32,798 bases of DNA from Methylococcales bacterium (GTDB taxonomy: Bacteria > Pseudomonadota > Gammaproteobacteria > Methylococcales > UBA1147), in assembly GCA_024958995.1 (NCBI GenBank), contig JANXGZ010000269.1:1-32798 (forward strand), read 5' to 3'. Positions 30,413-32,798 of this stretch are shown piece after piece. The notes under the pieces were generated by a model. The model was given only the letters and a program-made list of their open reading frames with translations, was not told where the DNA came from and did no database searches. The translations under genes and the position numbers were made by a program. Each line of letters opens with the position of its first letter. The stretch's first letter is position 1.

Positions 30413-32188
30413 TTAGGTCGCCTCTACTGTTTTCATCGTCCACCCCCACAAGTACAACCTGAACAGATGATACAGTGACGCCCATTTCGAAAGCTTTATC
30501 TCGCCACAATAGACCTTGATATCCTTCTCAATCAACCCCATGGAATTCGCTTTGGAATCGAACAGCCCATCACCTTCCCAGCGGTCCGGATCAAGACTGA
30601 TGGCGTAAGGATTGATCCGACCCCTGGCCTTCAGGGATTCCACCCTCTCCGGCATGGTCGATTCAACGGCTCGCAGGAACCAAACGCGCACAACATCCTC
30701 GAGCATTCGGCAGTTTTTCTCCATATCGCGCAGGGCACGTTCCTGCGATTTGTTCCTCGACAATTCCACGTGGGCGCGTGAAAGGTAGGAATACAGATGC
30801 GGGTACCTGGTAAAGTCGGGGGCCTGGGTCGAACACGGCATTCTCGCCCAGTCCTTGAACATTTGTTGCATGCGCAGATTAAGGGCCAGGGTATTCTTCA
30901 TGTAATGGGTGCGGGAAAGCAGGCCCGGCTTCTGGAAGATCTTGAAGAACGAAAGCGGAGCAAAAAAGCCCCAGTAAAAGCCCGTATCCCAGTACAGCTT
31001 GGCCATCATGACGTGCCCCTTGTCAAAGATGTGGTACGAACCGTTGAATAGTTGCATCAAGTTGTTGGTCAGGGTCAGGTAGAAACTGTTGAACTCATCG
31101 ACATCTGCCGGAGTCAGATCACCCTTATAATCCCGGGTAATCATCTCCACCGCGATATTGTTGCTCATGGCGATGAAATCGAGGCCATAGCTGTACAGAG
31201 GATCAAGAAAAACCCCCGCCTCACCCACGCAAGCCCATCGATCGGAAGAAAAGGTCTGGTGAGAACCGTAGCTGCAATTCTTGAAGCAGCGGAAATCGAG
31301 GGGAACCTTACCGTCAAGGTGATCCGCAATCACCGGCTCATGCTCTTGCAGCCACTTCAGGGCCAGGGCGTAATTGCTCCGCTGCTTGATCGGATGGAGT
31401 TCTTCCGTCGCCACGATGCCGATACTGGTATGGCCGGATCCCAGCGGGATGACCCATACCCAGTAACCGTAGCCCATCAGGTGATTGGTGGAGAAATACC
31501 GAATATCGTCCGGGTCACGCTCAGAATGCCATTCTCCTCGTTCGACGAAGTCGTTAATATCAAAACGGCCCTCAATTCGGAACCAGGCAGCTCCAAGCTT
31601 GTGTTCCCAGCGGTTCTTGAGTTTGAGCTTGGACTGGATAAAAAACCGGCGCCCGGTCGCGTCAACCAACCAACGGCAATTGACCGTGGCTGTCTCCTCA
31701 GAATCCGGCTGCTGCATCCGGACCGTATGGCGTGCGCCCGATGAACCCAATACAAAGTCGCGTAATCCGTAACCCTCGAAAAGCTGGATCCCTTCATCGA
31801 CCAGCATTTCCCTGACATCGTTCTCGAACACTCCCCGGTCGATCTGGTAGGCCGGAAGCAAAGGCAGGCACGGAGGCCCCATCTCAGGTCTTTCCTCCAA
31901 AGGACGGTCAGACTGACCAGGGAAAAATCGCAGTCCATTCTTAAGGAAATGCTTTTCCTTAAGATAGTCATGAAAACCAAGAACCCGTCCGATGTAATTC
32001 GAACCGCCCTCGACAGACGATTCACCAACCTTGAAACCGGCCTCCGGCAACGGCCTGGAGGTCTTTTCGATGACCGCTACGGACAACTGCGGGAGGACCT
32101 GATGAAGATGCTTAGCCAGACTCAGACCTGCCAGCCCGCCGCCACAGATCACCACGTCATATTCCGACTTTAAGTCTATTTCCTGCAT
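30413..32188 (-). CDS. FAD-dependent oxidoreductase of the flavin-dependent (tryptophan) halogenase family, 591 aa
   Basis: Start moved to the ATG at 32188 (GAGAGG RBS). The GxGxxG motif is DVVICGGGLAG. The WxWxIP motif appears as GYWVWVIPLG. FLDPLYSYG resembles the halogenase F-x-x-P-x-x-S-x-G segment. A long C-terminal extension has no recognised homology. Confidence 0.8.
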   Translation of the reverse strand: MQEIDLKSEYDVVICGGGLAGLSLAKHLHQVLPQLSVAVIEKTSRPLPEAGFKVGESSVEGGSNYIGRVLGFHDYLKEKHFLKNGLRFFPGQSDRPLEERPEMGPPCLPLLPAYQIDRGVFENDVREMLVDEGIQLFEGYGLRDFVLGSSGARHTVRMQQPDSEETATVNCRWLVDATGRRFFIQSKLKLKNRWEHKLGAAWFRIEGRFDINDFVERGEWHSERDPDDIRYFSTNHLMGYGYWVWVIPLGSGHTSIGIVATEELHPIKQRSNYALALKWLQEHEPVIADHLDGKVPLDFRCFKNCSYGSHQTFSSDRWACVGEAGVFLDPLYSYGLDFIAMSNNIAVEMITRDYKGDLTPADVDEFNSFYLTLTNNLMQLFNGSYHIFDKGHVMMAKLYWDTGFYWGFFAPLSFFKIFQKPGLLSRTHYMKNTLALNLRMQQMFKDWARMPCSTQAPDFTRYPHLYSYLSRAHVELSRNKSQERALRDMEKNCRMLEDVVRVWFLRAVESTMPERVESLKARGRINPYAISLDPDRWEGDGLFDSKANSMGLIEKDIKVYCGEIKLSKWASLYHLFRLYLWGWTMKTVEAT

Positions 32189-32622
32189 ACCAACCTCTCT
32201 ACTAAACACCTGAACCGATTCCAGATAATCGGCGTGGATGATAATCCCAAAGCCTCGCTGCCCGCAACCGGGCAGACCAAGAGTTCTGTGAATACGTTGA
32301 ACGAGTGACCCACTTCATCGCAATCCCACCACACATCCATCTAGGATTCTCAAAACTTCAAGAAGACCCTTCGCAACAACCTAGACATAGAATCTTTGAT
32401 CATGGACTTAGATATCCTCAAATCATTATTCCAGTCTACCGGCCAAAAACAAAGCATCCAGATCACCCGGAAATAGCCTTATCTTTGCCCCGAATAGTCG
32501 TTACTCCGACGCCGATTCAATCGATAAGAAAGCCTGGTCCATCTTCTGTTGCACAGCGCTGGTCACTACCGGAGACGGACCGAATTCAGTTATTCTCCCT
32601 TTCATGCATTTAAGAATGAACA

Positions 32623-32642
32623 GCGATGGTCGCGACCATCGC
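32623..32642. repeat. 20-nt perfect palindrome gcgatggtcgcgaccatcgc; possible terminator hairpin or operator
   Basis: Read directly. It lies 45 nt downstream of the stop of the partial minus-strand gene at the window end. On the minus strand it is followed by tgttcattctt, only moderately T-rich. Confidence 0.35.
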
Positions 32643-32687
32643 ATCGACCAGTTTGCCGAAATCCGACAGCACCGACCCCGGCCGAAG

Positions 32688-32798
32688 TCAGACTGACCCG
32701 ACTTTTCCGAATACCGCTTTACTGACCTGTTCTTCGGCAAGCCTTAACCGGCCCAGAGTCCCGAGATCCATCCAGAATCCCTGGTACATTTCCGCACT
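32688..32798 (-). CDS. C-terminal 36 codons of a nucleotidyltransferase-family protein (MurU/RmlA-like sugar-1-phosphate nucleotidylyltransferase), 5'-truncated by the window edge
   Basis: The reverse-strand frame from 32798 reads SAEMYQGFWMDLGTLGRLRLAEEQVSKAVFGKVGSV*. Y-x-G-x-W-x-D-x-GT-x-x-RL is the characteristic C-terminal motif of this family. It is too short to appear in the ORF track. Confidence 0.45.
   Translation of the reverse strand, partial: SAEMYQGFWMDLGTLGRLRLAEEQVSKAVFGKVGSV

Noticed and set aside
32305-32740. Listed ORFs 32305-32613 (plus strand, 102 aa) and 32501-32740 (minus strand, 79 aa).
   Set aside because: They sit in an AT-richer region with Pro/His/Ile-rich or Arg/Ser-rich products and no motifs. 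The minus-strand ORF is out of frame with the convincing nucleotidyltransferase C-terminus at 32688-32798.

Overview
The window is a gammaproteobacterium-like chromosomal segment with about 33 protein-coding genes and dense operon packing. I found no rRNA, tRNA, CRISPR array, transposase or integrase by eye. Most genes are recognisable housekeeping genes. In order: gltB (3' end) and gltD; a very long leader followed by rne; xseA; a minus-strand operon of two M16 peptidases, rsmD, coaD, a YfhL-type ferredoxin and ggt; heme O synthase plus a type II sulfide:quinone oxidoreductase; lgt; msrPQ; and tgt-yajC-secD-secF. Three stretches are not ordinary. (1) At 18948-23063, five tightly spaced plus-strand genes run in series: a 3-hydroxyisobutyrate-dehydrogenase-family reductase, a hydroxypyruvate-isomerase-family gene, a single-pass protein of unknown function, an HTTM (vitamin-K-carboxylase-like, SdpB-type) membrane protein, and a Sel1-repeat lipoprotein. 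(2) At 29486-32188 on the minus strand, a 591-aa flavin-dependent-halogenase-family protein (WVWVIP motif) is followed by an unannotated 60-codon ORF ending GWKVCCGIGCF and then a PghP/YjqB-type zinc gamma-glutamyl-hydrolase-family protein. I regard this as the best candidate for an undescribed peptide-modification (RiPP-like) cassette, but the small ORF is unproven. (3) An orphan RhlB-like GT1 glycosyltransferase and a divergent pair of unknown membrane proteins sit around lgt. All family assignments come from reading motifs and remembered homologues, with no searches run.
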